This document shows positions 52,353 to 62,496 of a DNA stretch of 64,000 nt, in pieces. This DNA is from an uncultured Chloroflexia bacterium (GTDB taxonomy: Bacteria > Chloroflexota > Dehalococcoidia > DSTF01 > JACRBR01). The stretch is taken from the NCBI GenBank assembly GCA_963743185.1, contig CAVUOT010000006.1, positions 370,107 to 434,106 of the forward strand, read 5' to 3'. Each line of letters begins with the position of its first letter. The first letter of the stretch is position 1. The notes beneath the pieces are model-generated. The model was not told where the DNA came from. It saw only the letters and a program-made list of their open reading frames with translations, and made no database searches. Position numbers and translations under genes: made by a program.

Positions 52353-53171
52353 TCACTCCTTCTCGACGGGGTACTGGACCTCAGTGACGCTATTTGCTGC
52401 CTCCTTTGCATCGTGCCGGACGTAGATCTCCCGCGACGGACCGACGATGCGGTAGCCGTTCGCCTCGATCCAGCGCAGCAGGGCGGGATGCAGCTGCGTG
52501 AACTCAGCGAAGTCTCCGTGATGTACGGCTGACGCGAAGGTGCCGCCCGCGAGTTCGTACACCTTCACGCGATCGCTGTCCGGCAACACGCGGTTGATCG
52601 GCACGACCGCCTCGGCGTCTTCGTCGGTGTAGGTGTCCGCGGTCGTGTGCCAGAGAGCCATGCATGGCTCCAGGTCCTTGCCGCCATGAGCGCGAATGTG
52701 GTCATACGTTTGCGCGTACGCGGTGCCAAGCAAGGCGGGCACCATGTCGTTCTTGGGGATGCGGACGCGGCAAGCGGCGACGAGGATGGGCTGAATCGTC
52801 TTGAGCGCGACGTCGTATTCGGGCATGTTGTCCTCCAGTTCGATTTCCCTCAATCGTGCTTCGATGCGGGCCATCCGGCCCTGGTCCTCTTTCAACTGAT
52901 GCTCCGCTTCCGCCCGCTTCAGCGTCAACATTCCGCGCAGCTGCTCGTGTGTGACGCCATCGTTCAGCACGCGCGCAATCTGCTCGAGCGAAAAGCCAAG
53001 ATCCTTGAGCGCCAGCAACCGGTTGAGACGCGGAAGCTGCTCGACGGAGTAGTAGCGGTAGCCCGTCGAGCTATCTACGTGTGCCGGGGTGATCAGTCCC
53101 AGATCGTCGTAGTAGCGCAAGGTCTTGACGGGCAGTTGGCTGAGGCGGGCGAAGTCTCCGATCTTGAGCAT
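52353..53171 (-). CDS. MerR family regulator with GyrI-like domain (BmrR-like)
   Basis: IGDFARL..VKTLRYYD..GL...TGYRYY and a C-terminal effector domain. Confidence 0.93.
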   Translation of the reverse strand: MLKIGDFARLSQLPVKTLRYYDDLGLITPAHVDSSTGYRYYSVEQLPRLNRLLALKDLGFSLEQIARVLNDGVTHEQLRGMLTLKRAEAEHQLKEDQGRMARIEARLREIELEDNMPEYDVALKTIQPILVAACRVRIPKNDMVPALLGTAYAQTYDHIRAHGGKDLEPCMALWHTTADTYTDEDAEAVVPINRVLPDSDRVKVYELAGGTFASAVHHGDFAEFTQLHPALLRWIEANGYRIVGPSREIYVRHDAKEAANSVTEVQYPVEKE

Positions 53172-53177
53172 GGCGGA

Positions 53178-53208
53178 ACTGTACGGTCTCCCGCGGCAGG
53201 AGAGTCAA
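53178..53208 (-). promoter_or_regulatory. MerR-type promoter (19-bp spacer with dyad), leaderless
   Basis: TTGACT-ctcctgccgcgggagaccg-TACAGT-6 nt-ATG. Confidence 0.8.
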
Positions 53209-53245
53209 GCCGTTTCCCGAAGAAATGCGGACAGAGTTCCGGCCG

Positions 53246-54310
53246 CTACTTGAACGCCACGAACGCCGCGTACAGCGGCTGGTCCAGGTGCAACTCGCGC
53301 ACACCGCGCAACCCTGCCGCCGACGCCATCTCCTCGAACTCCGCGCGCGAGAAGAATCCGACCGCGTGCCCGCCCTTCGCGACCGCCTGCGGGATCTCGT
53401 AGAACAGGTCGATGTGCGAGAGCACCGCGTTGTACGCGCCGACGCAGTCCTCGATGCGCTCGGCGCCGCGGATCTCCGTCACCAGCAAGATGCCGTCTTC
53501 CTTCAACGCCCGCCGCGCATTCGCAAGCACGACGCGCGCGTCGTCCATCTCGTGCAGCGAGATCTGGGCGTAGATGAAGTCGAACGCGTCCTCGCCCGTC
53601 AGGTCCTCGCCGCGCATCTCTTCGGCGTGGACGTGCTCGCCCAGCCCGGCGTCCTCGATGCGCTGACGCGCCAGCTCGATCGACGTCGGGTCCGGGTCGA
53701 CGCCGGTGACCGTGCACTCCGGGAAGGTGCGGGCCAGCGAAACGAGGCCGGCGCCCGCGCCGCAGCCCAGCTCCAGGATCGTGCCGCCCGCCGTCAGGCG
53801 CTGCGCGAGCTCCGGCAGCGCGGGCAGCAGTACCGACGGCAGGAACAGCTCGTACGCCGCCTTGCTGAACGCGTGGATCGTCTCCACCATCTCCTGGCCG
53901 TACTCCGCGAACGCGATGCCTTCGCCGCTCGTGAAGCAGTCCGCGACGCGGTCCGCAAGCCGTGACTCGACGGCGTGGTTCGTCACCAGCCCGGCCGAGT
54001 ACTGGAAGTCCTGGTCATCCAGCAGCAGCGCCTCCATGAACGGCGCCATGGTCAGCCGCTCCGTCGCCGCGTCGTACTCCAGGAGCTCGCCCGCGACCGA
54101 CGTCCGCGCCCACGCGCGCACGTAGCGCGCGTCGAGCCCCGTCCGCTCGACGAGCTCATCCAGCGTCAGCCCGTCGCCGGCCGCCGTGATCGCGTCGAAC
54201 AGGCCGAGCTTCAGCCCGTAGTACGCCATCCGCAGGCTGGCCGCCCCCGCCGCCCAGTCGAAGATCTTCAGCGCCTGGGCGTCCTTCGTCACAAACGATT
54301 GCTCTGGCAT
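53246..54310 (-). CDS. HTH-containing class I SAM methyltransferase (Rv2258c-like)
   Basis: N-terminal HTH with RYVRAW; ILELGCGAG; SLHEM. Confidence 0.85.
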   Translation of the reverse strand: MPEQSFVTKDAQALKIFDWAAGAASLRMAYYGLKLGLFDAITAAGDGLTLDELVERTGLDARYVRAWARTSVAGELLEYDAATERLTMAPFMEALLLDDQDFQYSAGLVTNHAVESRLADRVADCFTSGEGIAFAEYGQEMVETIHAFSKAAYELFLPSVLLPALPELAQRLTAGGTILELGCGAGAGLVSLARTFPECTVTGVDPDPTSIELARQRIEDAGLGEHVHAEEMRGEDLTGEDAFDFIYAQISLHEMDDARVVLANARRALKEDGILLVTEIRGAERIEDCVGAYNAVLSHIDLFYEIPQAVAKGGHAVGFFSRAEFEEMASAAGLRGVRELHLDQPLYAAFVAFK

Positions 54311-54397
54311 GGATGCTCCGTGGTCGATGGGGTTCGGGTTGTGGCTACTGCGTCGCGTGCGAGCGTCGGCTCAAACACTCTACCGAATGTACCGCCG

Positions 54398-55034
54398 CTA
54401 CGCGCCCGCCTTCCGTGCCCACACCCCGAACAGCGGGTCCTTGGCGGTCGCCGGCGTCGATGCTCCGGTCCTCGGCGGTCACTTCGCCGAAGCCGCCGGC
54501 GTGCTTGAAGTACGTCGCGATCAGACCCGCGCGCTCGCGGTCGTCGAGCGCGCGCCAGATGCGCACCGCCTTCGTCGGGAACATGCGGTTCGAGTACGTG
54601 ACGATGAACGGTGCGCCCGGCTTCAGCACGCGTCCGACCTCGCGGAACGTCTCCAGCGGCTGCGTCATGTACTGCACCGATACGGTCACGACCGCGCCGT
54701 CGAATTCGCCGTCGCCGAACGGCAGCGCCGGGTTGGCGTTGATGTCGTGCACGACGTACTCCGTGAGCTGGTCGTTCGCTCGCAGCTCCTCCTCGTTCAT
54801 GCCGAGGCCGCAGAGCCGCGTCCATGCCAGCTCGGGCGGCATGTGGGAGCGATAGCTCGACATCAGGTCGAGGATCGCGCCGCCGCGTGGCAGTACCTCG
54901 CCGTAGAGCCGCCGCGCCGCCTCGATCGCGTAGTCGTCGATATGCACGAGCAGCCGCGCCTGCGCGTAGAACAGCGCATCCGGCGATTCATCCTCGCGCT
55001 CGAAGAAGTGCGGCTTGAACGGCGACTCGTCCAT
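54398..55034 (-). CDS. Methyltransferase type 11, frameshift near 54452
   Basis: DESPD..FY..ARL..HID, LDLMSS..SH.P, SNRMFPTKA and DPLFGV end. Confidence 0.88.
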
Positions 55035-55504
55035 CGCCGAAGCGTAGCTGACGGGGCGGAGAACGGAACCACAGATTGGCCAGAGTGCGCAGATGGGGAC
55101 GAAGGACGGGAACCACCGCCTCCACAGACGGGCATTGATCGACGCCTTGATCTTTCGTCTTTCGCGTGGCCGGGGACTGCCTTCGAAGCTGGTGACGCGT
55201 TCATGCCGGCTGCGCATTTGATTGTTTGATCGTCCCGCAAGAAAAAATCGCGAATAATAACGGGTCAAGCGTCGTGGCTGGGTGGCCATTGGTTGCGCAG
55301 CTCGCGCCGGCATGCGCGTATTGTGCGCTGCGGCGCGGGCGAACGCCTAGCGGCGGGTGTCACCCGGGGCTGCCGCCGGTTCTCATCCGGTCCGCATTCC
55401 TCGGCCACAACGCGGCCGCGACTCTGCGGAAATCGCGCGCAGCGATTGCGGCGGTTGGGCGGCTCCCCGACAATGAGATCGCACATCTGACGAGAGGTGA
55501 AGTT

Positions 55505-55789
55505 ATGCCGGCGATGACGAAGGACGAGGTGAAGGCGCGCCTCGAGAGCCTAGCCGGCTGGGAGCGCGACGGAGACGAGATCGAGAAGAAATTCCGCTTC
55601 GACGACTTCAAGGCGTCGATGGCGTTCGTGAACCGGGTCGCCGATCTGGCCGAGAAGGCCGACCACCACCCGGACATCACCATCAAGTACAACCGCGTCA
55701 AGATGACGCTCTCGACGCACAGCGAGGGCGGCGTCACCGAGAAGGACTTCGCGCTCGCCGCCCAGATCGACGCCGCCGTACGACCGTAG
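55505..55789 (+). CDS. Pterin-4-alpha-carbinolamine dehydratase
   Basis: DHHPDI and THSEGGVTEKD. Confidence 0.93.
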   Translation: MPAMTKDEVKARLESLAGWERDGDEIEKKFRFDDFKASMAFVNRVADLAEKADHHPDITIKYNRVKMTLSTHSEGGVTEKDFALAAQIDAAVRP

Positions 55790-55820
55790 AATCTGCGGGC
55801 GCCGCCCGCCGAGGACCCAC

Positions 55821-56624
55821 GTGGACAAGACCCCGGCATCATCCGACGCAGTCACCGAGTGGCTGAAGCGCAACTTCAACTGGCTGGCGCTCGCCTTCGG
55901 ACTCATGTTCTTCGTGCTGCCGCACGTCTCTCCGTTCGCGACGTTGAACTACTACCTGAACTCGCCGCAGCGCTTCAGCCAGTGGACACTCGGCAAGCTC
56001 GAGAACCTGTTCGCGAACTACGGCTACTACGTCGTCTTCCTCGGCGTGTTTCTCGAGAACGCGATGTTTCTCGGGTTGCTCGTGCCCGGCTCGGTCATCC
56101 TCATCCTCGGCGGCCTCTCGGCGCAGAACGGCTCGATCGACATCTGGCCCGTGCTCGCGCTCGCCGTCGCGGCCACGATCGCGGGCGACACGCTGAGCTA
56201 CATGATCGGCCGCATGGGCTGGGCGAAAGCGATCGAGAAGGGCGCCGCCGGCTCGATGGTCGAGCGTCTCCGCGCCGCGATGGAATCGAACCACGTCTGG
56301 ATCATCCTCGGCTATCACTGGGCCGGCTACTCGCGCGCCGTCGGCCCGGCCGCCGCCGGCCTGTTCCAGATCCCCTACCGGCGCTGGGCACCCCTCGACT
56401 ACTCTGGCGGCGCCGTCTGGGCCGTCGTCTACGTCATGCTCGGCGTCGTCCTCGGCCTGCTTGGCGTGGAGTTCAGCGACACGAAGACGCTCGTCAAGCT
56501 GCTCGAGTTCCTCTTCCTTGGCATCTTCATTGCCGCCATCGCTGTCGCCTGGTACCGCACGTCGAAAGTCGCCGCGCGCCCCGTGCCCGTGGCGTCCGCC
56601 ATCGTGCCAGCGGACGACGACTGA
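55821..56624 (+). CDS. DedA family membrane protein
   Basis: ENAMFLGLLVPG and GDTLSY..GR. Confidence 0.85.
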   Translation: MDKTPASSDAVTEWLKRNFNWLALAFGLMFFVLPHVSPFATLNYYLNSPQRFSQWTLGKLENLFANYGYYVVFLGVFLENAMFLGLLVPGSVILILGGLSAQNGSIDIWPVLALAVAATIAGDTLSYMIGRMGWAKAIEKGAAGSMVERLRAAMESNHVWIILGYHWAGYSRAVGPAAAGLFQIPYRRWAPLDYSGGAVWAVVYVMLGVVLGLLGVEFSDTKTLVKLLEFLFLGIFIAAIAVAWYRTSKVAARPVPVASAIVPADDD

Positions 56625-56666
56625 CGGGCCACCGGCGCCCGGCGACCAGCGTGATATCCTGCTTCC

Positions 56667-57196
56667 GTGAGCACACTTCCCGATTTCCTCCGCCCGGACC
56701 TCGATCTCCTGTTCGTCGGCATCAACCCCGGCACGAAGTCGGCTGCCACCGGCCATCATTACGCCGGCCCGGGCAACCATTTCTGGCCGCTTCTCCACGA
56801 ATCTGGCCTCGTCTCCGAGCCGTTGACGTACGAGCAGGACGCGACGCGTGCTCGAGTGGCGCATCGGTCTCACGAACATGGTGGCGCGCTACGTCGCCCT
56901 CGATCAGCGACCTCTCGCTCGACGAGTTGCGCGCCGGCGCCCGCACGCTGCGCCGCAAGCTTCTGAGGTACGCCCCGGGCATCGTCTGCTTCAACGGTAA
57001 GCGCATCTACGAAGTGTTTGCCGGCCACGCCTGCAGCTTCGGAGTACAGCCCGAGCGCATCGGCCCTTCGCTTGTGTACGTGATGCCGTCGACGAGCGCG
57101 CGCACGGCGTCGTACCAGCGCGCAGACAAGCTGACGTACTTCGTCGAGCTGCGGAAGCTCGTGCGCGCCCGGGCGCGCCAGGCGGTGGCGTCGTGA
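56667..57196 (+). CDS. mug: G/U mismatch-specific DNA glycosylase, frameshifts (~56848, ~56890)
   Basis: GINPG...GHHYAGPGNHFW and MPSTS. Confidence 0.9.
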
Positions 57197-57776
57197 GCGA
57201 AGTGCCCGCGCAGCAGCCGGACATCCCGGTGTTCTCTCCGCGCCTCGACGAGCTGATGGCGGCGATGATCAAGGGCGAGGCGCCGAACGTTGGACGCTTC
57301 TGCGGCTACTGCTACACGCCGCTGGGCAAGAAGGCCGACGTCTGTCCCCACTGCGGCACTACGACGAGCGCACTACGCGCCCGTCGCGAAGCTGCCGATG
57401 GAGTTCGGCGCGCTGTACCGCCGCATGCGCAAGCGCGAGAGTCTCATCGTCAATTCGTTCGCGTTCGCCGGCCTCGGGCTTGGCGTGGCTGCTCTTCATC
57501 GTGCTCGTCGCTGTCGCGGTGTACGTCTTCAACCAGTCGATCTGGTGGCTCGCGTTCGCGACGCTGGTGCTGATGGTCGGCGGACGGGTGTTCGCCGGCA
57601 TCCTCGGCGGCTGGATCGGCGATAACGTCGGCTATAACTACGCCCACGGGAAGCTCGTCGCCGAATGGCACGAGTACGAGCGCCAGCGCGACGTCGAGCA
57701 GGGCCGCGCACCCGCTCCGCCGCGCGGCGACGACGCGCAGCAGGCATCGGCCGACGCGGCGCATAGCGCGCAGTAA
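57193..57776 (+). CDS. Zinc-ribbon membrane protein, frameshifted
   Basis: CGYC...CPHC followed by two TM helices across frames. Confidence 0.6.
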
Positions 57777-57783
57777 CAAGCGC

Positions 57784-58693
57784 ATGAACTACATCGAGAT
57801 CACCGCCGCCGTTCCCACGGCAGACGTCGAGCGCGCGTCGGACGTTCTCCGCGCTCACACCGGCCTCGACGTGTCGATCGAAGTGCCGTTCGCGCAGGCT
57901 GACCTGGAGTCAGACGCCGTGCTGAGCAGCGGCGGCACCGCGCTCATCAAGGCGTACGTCGCCGACGACGGCGGCGGCCACGTGCTGGCCAGGTCGGCGC
58001 GAGACGCGTTCGCGCGCGCGGGCCTGGCCGCCGAGGTCGCGCAGCGCGCCGTCGCCGAGGAGGACTGGGCCGAATCGTGGAAGGAGCACTTCCACGTCGA
58101 GCGTTTCGGCAAGCACATCGTCGTCGTGCCATCGTGGCGCACGTACGACCCGCGGCCCGACGACGTCGTGCTCGCGCTCGATCCCGGCATGGCGTTCGGT
58201 ACCGGCCAGCACGAGACGACGCGCATGTGCCTCGAAGCGCTGGAGAACGCCGTGTCGCCCGGCAGGCGCGTGCTCGACGTCGGCTGCGGCTCCGGCATTC
58301 TCGTCGATCGCGGCCGCGAAGCTCGGCGCGCGCGAAGTCTACGCCGTCGACGTCGATCCGAACTGCGTGCGCGTCACGCGCGACAACGCCGCCGCGAACG
58401 GGGTCGCCGCCGTCATTCGCGCGGAGACCGGCAGCGCGGGCGGCGCGTGGCCGTTCGCGGAGCCCGCATCGGCTGGCTTCGACGTCGTCGTGGCGAACAT
58501 CATCGCGCGCGTGATCATCGAGCTGGCACAACCGCTCGTCGACGCGCTCGCGCCGGGCGGCCGGCTCATCGTCTCCGGCGTTATCGGCGAGCACGAGGCG
58601 GACGTTCGAGACGCGCTCATCGCGGCTGGCGCGCGCATCGAGTCCGTCCGCGCCATGCGGGACTGGCGCTGCATCGAGGCGGTGCGCGCGTGA
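57784..58693 (+). CDS. prmA: Ribosomal protein L11 methyltransferase, frameshift near 58302
   Basis: [31 protein letters not shown] and VANI. Confidence 0.95.
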
Positions 58694-59439
58694 CGCGCCG
58701 ATTCTACGTCGACGCGGCGTCGCTCACGGGCGATCGCATCGAGATCGAGGGAGCGCTCGCGCATCGCCTGGCGAAGGTGCTCCGCATGCGCGCGGGCGAC
58801 GAGGTGATCCTGTTCGACGGCAGCGGCGAAGACGTCCGCGTGCGCGTCGAAGATGTGAGCGATCGCCGCGCCACCGCTGCGGTCATCGAGCGCCGACCCG
58901 GCCCGCGCGAGCCGCGCGTCAGGCTGCACCTCTACCAGTCGATCACCAAAGGCGAGCGCTTCGAGTGGTTGCTCGAGAAGGCCACGGAGATCGGCGTCGC
59001 GCGCGTTGTGCCGCTCGTCGCCGCCCGCGCCGTCGTCAAGACGCCGTCCGAGGGGAACCGCGCCGACCGCTGGCGTCGCATCGCCGTCGAGGCGGCCGAG
59101 CAGTGTGAGCGCAGCGCCGTGCCCGAGATCGGCGCGCCGCAGCCGTTCGACGACGCGCTGCGCACGGCCGCCGGCATCCTGCTACTGCCGTACGAAGAGG
59201 CGGGCGACGCCGCGTCCAGCATCCACGACGTGCTGAACCGCCGCGTCGACGACGTCTTCGCGCTCGCCGCGGTCAGCGTCTTCATCGGCCCTGAAGGCGG
59301 CTACGAGCCCGCCGAGATCGATCGCGCGAAAGCCGCCGGCGCCGAGATCGTGACCCTCGGCGACCGCGTCCTCCGATCCGAGACGGCCGGCCTCGTCGCC
59401 GCGACGCTCGTCATGCACGCCGTCGGCGAACTCGGCTGA
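58690..59439 (+). CDS. rsmE: 16S rRNA m3U1498 methyltransferase
   Basis: KATEIGV, EAAEQC.R, IGPEGG and [10 protein letters not shown]. Confidence 0.95.
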   Translation: MTRRFYVDAASLTGDRIEIEGALAHRLAKVLRMRAGDEVILFDGSGEDVRVRVEDVSDRRATAAVIERRPGPREPRVRLHLYQSITKGERFEWLLEKATEIGVARVVPLVAARAVVKTPSEGNRADRWRRIAVEAAEQCERSAVPEIGAPQPFDDALRTAAGILLLPYEEAGDAASSIHDVLNRRVDDVFALAAVSVFIGPEGGYEPAEIDRAKAAGAEIVTLGDRVLRSETAGLVAATLVMHAVGELG

Positions 59440-59465
59440 GACGAGGAGTCTGCGAGGAGGACGCC

Positions 59466-59491
59466 GAGGGCACGCCACCGCGTGCCCCTAC
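59466..59491 (-). repeat. GTAG-type REP palindrome
   Basis: Reverse strand reads GTAGGGGCACGC-ggtg-GCGTGCCCTC; same arms as 52233-52260. Confidence 0.7.
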
Positions 59492-59553
59492 GGGTCGCTC
59501 GCGCATCGCCTCTCGGCGCCGAACCCTCATCTGCGAGCTGTGGATCTCCGCCG

Positions 59554-60390
59554 TCAGTTCATCGGCGTGCCGCCGCTGACGTTCAGCGTCTGCCCCGTGA
59601 TCCACGCCGCCTCGTCCGACGCGAAGAACGCCACCGCGCTCGCGATGTCGGCCGGGCGCCCCTGCCGCCCGAGTGCGATCGTCCGCACCACCGCCTGCTT
59701 CATCGCGCCGGCGTCCGCGTGGTAGCGCGACGCCATGTGCCCGAACGTGCCGTCCATCATGTCCGTGTCGACCGAGCCCGGCGCCACGCAGTTTACGGTG
59801 ATCTGGTGCGGCGCCGCCTCGATCGCCAGCATCTGCGTCAGACCGATGATGCCCCATTTCGTCGCGCAGTACGCGCCGTACTGCGGGATGCCCATCCGCC
59901 CCGCCGCGGACGAGATGTTGACGATGCGACCGCCCTGCTTCGCCTCGACCATCCTCCGCAGCACGCGGCTCGTCAGCAGGTAGACGCCGTTGAGATTCAC
60001 GTCGACCACCTCGTACCACTCGCGGTCGTCGATCTCCCACAGGTTCTTCTCGCCGCAGATCCCGAGCCCCGCGTTGTTCACCAGGATGTCGATCCGGCCG
60101 AACCTGGCCATCGTTTCCGCGACGATCCGTTCCGCCTCCGCCGCCTTCGTCAGGTCAGCGTCGATGGCGAGCGCGCGGCGGCCCGATGCCTCGATCTCCG
60201 CGGCGACGGAAGCGGCGCCGCGCCAGCCGATCGCTTTCTCGTCGTCCGGGTACCGCTCCGGCGCTCGCGGCGAGCCCAGCGCCACCACGTCCGCGCCCGC
60301 TGCCGCCAACGCCAACGCTATCCCCCGACCGATGCCTCGATGCCGCGCCGCCCCTGTGACGATCGCGACCTTGCCCTCAAGTGACGACAT
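59554..60390 (-). CDS. SDR family oxidoreductase
   Basis: TGAA..RGIG, NNAG, YCATK and NCVAPG; insertion after beta-2. Confidence 0.93.
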   Translation of the reverse strand: MSSLEGKVAIVTGAARHRGIGRGIALALAAAGADVVALGSPRAPERYPDDEKAIGWRGAASVAAEIEASGRRALAIDADLTKAAEAERIVAETMARFGRIDILVNNAGLGICGEKNLWEIDDREWYEVVDVNLNGVYLLTSRVLRRMVEAKQGGRIVNISSAAGRMGIPQYGAYCATKWGIIGLTQMLAIEAAPHQITVNCVAPGSVDTDMMDGTFGHMASRYHADAGAMKQAVVRTIALGRQGRPADIASAVAFFASDEAAWITGQTLNVSGGTPMN

Positions 60391-60415
60391 GCGTGCTCCC
60401 CTCTCCTCTGGTGCT

Positions 60416-61381
60416 CTAATGGCCGTGTAGGTGAATGCCTGCTTCTGCCGCGACGCCCGCTTCGCTGCCACGCTCCATGATCCCCGGCTCGTCCGGGTCC
60501 ACGTGTATGCCGACGATCGCGCCGGGGACCTGCGCGCGCAGGTCGTGCTCGAAGTGCTCGACGAGCAGGTGCGCCTCGCTTACCGTAATCGCCGGATCGA
60601 CCAGCACGTGCACGTCGATGTGGATCTCGCGCCCGGACTTGCGCGTACGCAGCGCGTGATAGCCGCGCATACCGTGTGCCTCATGCGCCAGGCAGTCTTC
60701 GATCAACCGCCGCGTCTCCTCCGGCAGCGCCGAGTCGACCAACTCATGTAGCGCATCCCGCACGATGTTCGCGGCGATCCACATCAGATAGACCGCCAGC
60801 ATCAGTGCCACGATCGGGTCGAAGATCTGCCGGCCCGTGACGCCGACAAGGACGAGCCCGGCAGCGACGGCGGCCGCCTGCACGACGTTCGTCATCAGGT
60901 GCCGCGCGTCCGACGCGATCGCCACCGACCCCGTCGCGCGCGCCGCGCGCCGCGAGTATGCCGCCACTCCGGCGTTCACGGCAGCCGCCACGCCCGCGGT
61001 GATCAGCGAAGGAGCGACGACAATGTCGGCGTCGTGGGCGAGCGTGCGGCGGATCGCCGCGATTGTGATGAAGACCGCCCCGGCCGCTATCAGTCCCGCT
61101 TGCGAGATCGCCGCCAGGCTCTCGGCCTTGCCGTGGCCATACGGGTGCGCCTCATCGGCCGGCTGCAGCGCCAGCCGCACCGTGAAGAAGGCGAGCGCCG
61201 ACGCCAACAGGTCCTCCGCGCTGTCGACGCCGTCGCCCAGCAACGCGATCGACCCGAACGCCAGTCCGACGCTGACCTTCAGCGCCATCAGCAGCGCGTT
61301 CGACGCCAACGAGAGCACCGCCGCCCGGCTCGCGAGGTCCGTTTGTGATAGCCGGCGCCGGCCGGCCGCGATGATCGACAT
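60416..61381 (-). CDS. Cation diffusion facilitator transporter
   Basis: PADEAHPYGHGKAE, SDARH and a C-terminal dimerisation domain. Confidence 0.92.
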   Translation of the reverse strand: MSIIAAGRRRLSQTDLASRAAVLSLASNALLMALKVSVGLAFGSIALLGDGVDSAEDLLASALAFFTVRLALQPADEAHPYGHGKAESLAAISQAGLIAAGAVFITIAAIRRTLAHDADIVVAPSLITAGVAAAVNAGVAAYSRRAARATGSVAIASDARHLMTNVVQAAAVAAGLVLVGVTGRQIFDPIVALMLAVYLMWIAANIVRDALHELVDSALPEETRRLIEDCLAHEAHGMRGYHALRTRKSGREIHIDVHVLVDPAITVSEAHLLVEHFEHDLRAQVPGAIVGIHVDPDEPGIMERGSEAGVAAEAGIHLHGH

Positions 61382-61418
61382 CGCGGCCATCATACCGCCC
61401 GGCGGACACACCCGCCGT

Positions 61419-62351
61419 CTATGCCGATGCGCCTGCCGCCGCCAGCACCGCGTCCGCCAGCGCCCGCCGCGATGCGTCGTCGCGCATGATCGTCTGTGCG
61501 ACGACCGGTCGTACGCCCACCGCGGCTACGCGCTCCGCCTGTGCGGCGTCCGCTTCGTCGATCACCAGCGTATCGATGAGGCCTCGGTAAACCTCCGCCA
61601 CGCCCGCAACGTCGACCGTGTACCGGAGGCCGGACATCATCTCGCCCGCTGGAGGTTGCAGCGAGCGACCGGCCACGATCGGGCTGATGGCGACGCGCGG
61701 TACCCGCGAGGAGGCGACTGCGTCGCGCACGCCGGGTACCGAAAGGATCGGCAGGATGCTGCCGATCGGATTGCTGGGCGCGATCAGCACCGCCTCCGCG
61801 TTTCGGATCGCGTCGAGCACGCCCGGCGCGGGGCGCGCGGCGTCGATGGCGTCGAAGCGGACGGCGCGCACGGAGTCCTGCGCGTGCCGCTTCACCAGGT
61901 ACTGCTGAAACGGCAGGACCCCGGCGTCCGTCTCGACGACCGTCCGGACACGCTCGTCCGACATCGGCAGCAGGCGCACACGTACGCCGAACGCACGCGC
62001 GATCTCAGCCATGATTTCGCTTGGCGTGCGCCCCTCGCGCATAAGCCGCGTCCGGTGCAGGTGCGTCGCGAGGTCGCGGTCGCCGATCTGGAACCAGGTC
62101 TCGTCTCCGAACCGGCGCAGCGACTCCAGCCAGCGGAAGGTGTCGCCGCGCAGGCCCCAGCCGCGCTCCTCGTCGACCTCGTCCGCGAGCGCGTACGTCA
62201 CGATGTCAGGATCGGGCGAGACGTACAGACCGTGGAACCACTCATCGTCGGCCGTGTTGATGATCGCGGTGATGCGCTCGGGCGGGAGCACGGTCGAGAG
62301 CGCCTTGAGGAACCGCGATCCACCGACGCCGCCGCAAAGCACCGTGATCAT
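61419..62351 (-). CDS. cofD: 2-phospho-L-lactate transferase (F420 biosynthesis)
   Basis: GGVGG, NTADD, SPDPD...[15 protein letters not shown] and PSNP..SI.PIL. Confidence 0.95.
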   Translation of the reverse strand: MITVLCGGVGGSRFLKALSTVLPPERITAIINTADDEWFHGLYVSPDPDIVTYALADEVDEERGWGLRGDTFRWLESLRRFGDETWFQIGDRDLATHLHRTRLMREGRTPSEIMAEIARAFGVRVRLLPMSDERVRTVVETDAGVLPFQQYLVKRHAQDSVRAVRFDAIDAARPAPGVLDAIRNAEAVLIAPSNPIGSILPILSVPGVRDAVASSRVPRVAISPIVAGRSLQPPAGEMMSGLRYTVDVAGVAEVYRGLIDTLVIDEADAAQAERVAAVGVRPVVAQTIMRDDASRRALADAVLAAAGASA

Positions 62352-62496
62352 CGCGTGCTCGGTGCAAGCGGCGCGTCGCCAAGCCGGAAGGGCCTGCGGT
62401 GGGGCAGATGTACGGCGGCCCGCCGTCGTGGGCGGTCGTTGGGCGGCTGTCGCTCCGCAGCGCTGGCCGACAGGGTCCTCGGGTGAGCCTCGAGCA

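Noticed and set aside
21867-59439. Apparent fusions in the ORF track (nuoH-nuoJ, anti-sigma-SIMPL, prmA-rsmE)
   Set aside because: Artefacts of frameshifts bridging overlapping genes; the middle segments are out-of-frame junk.
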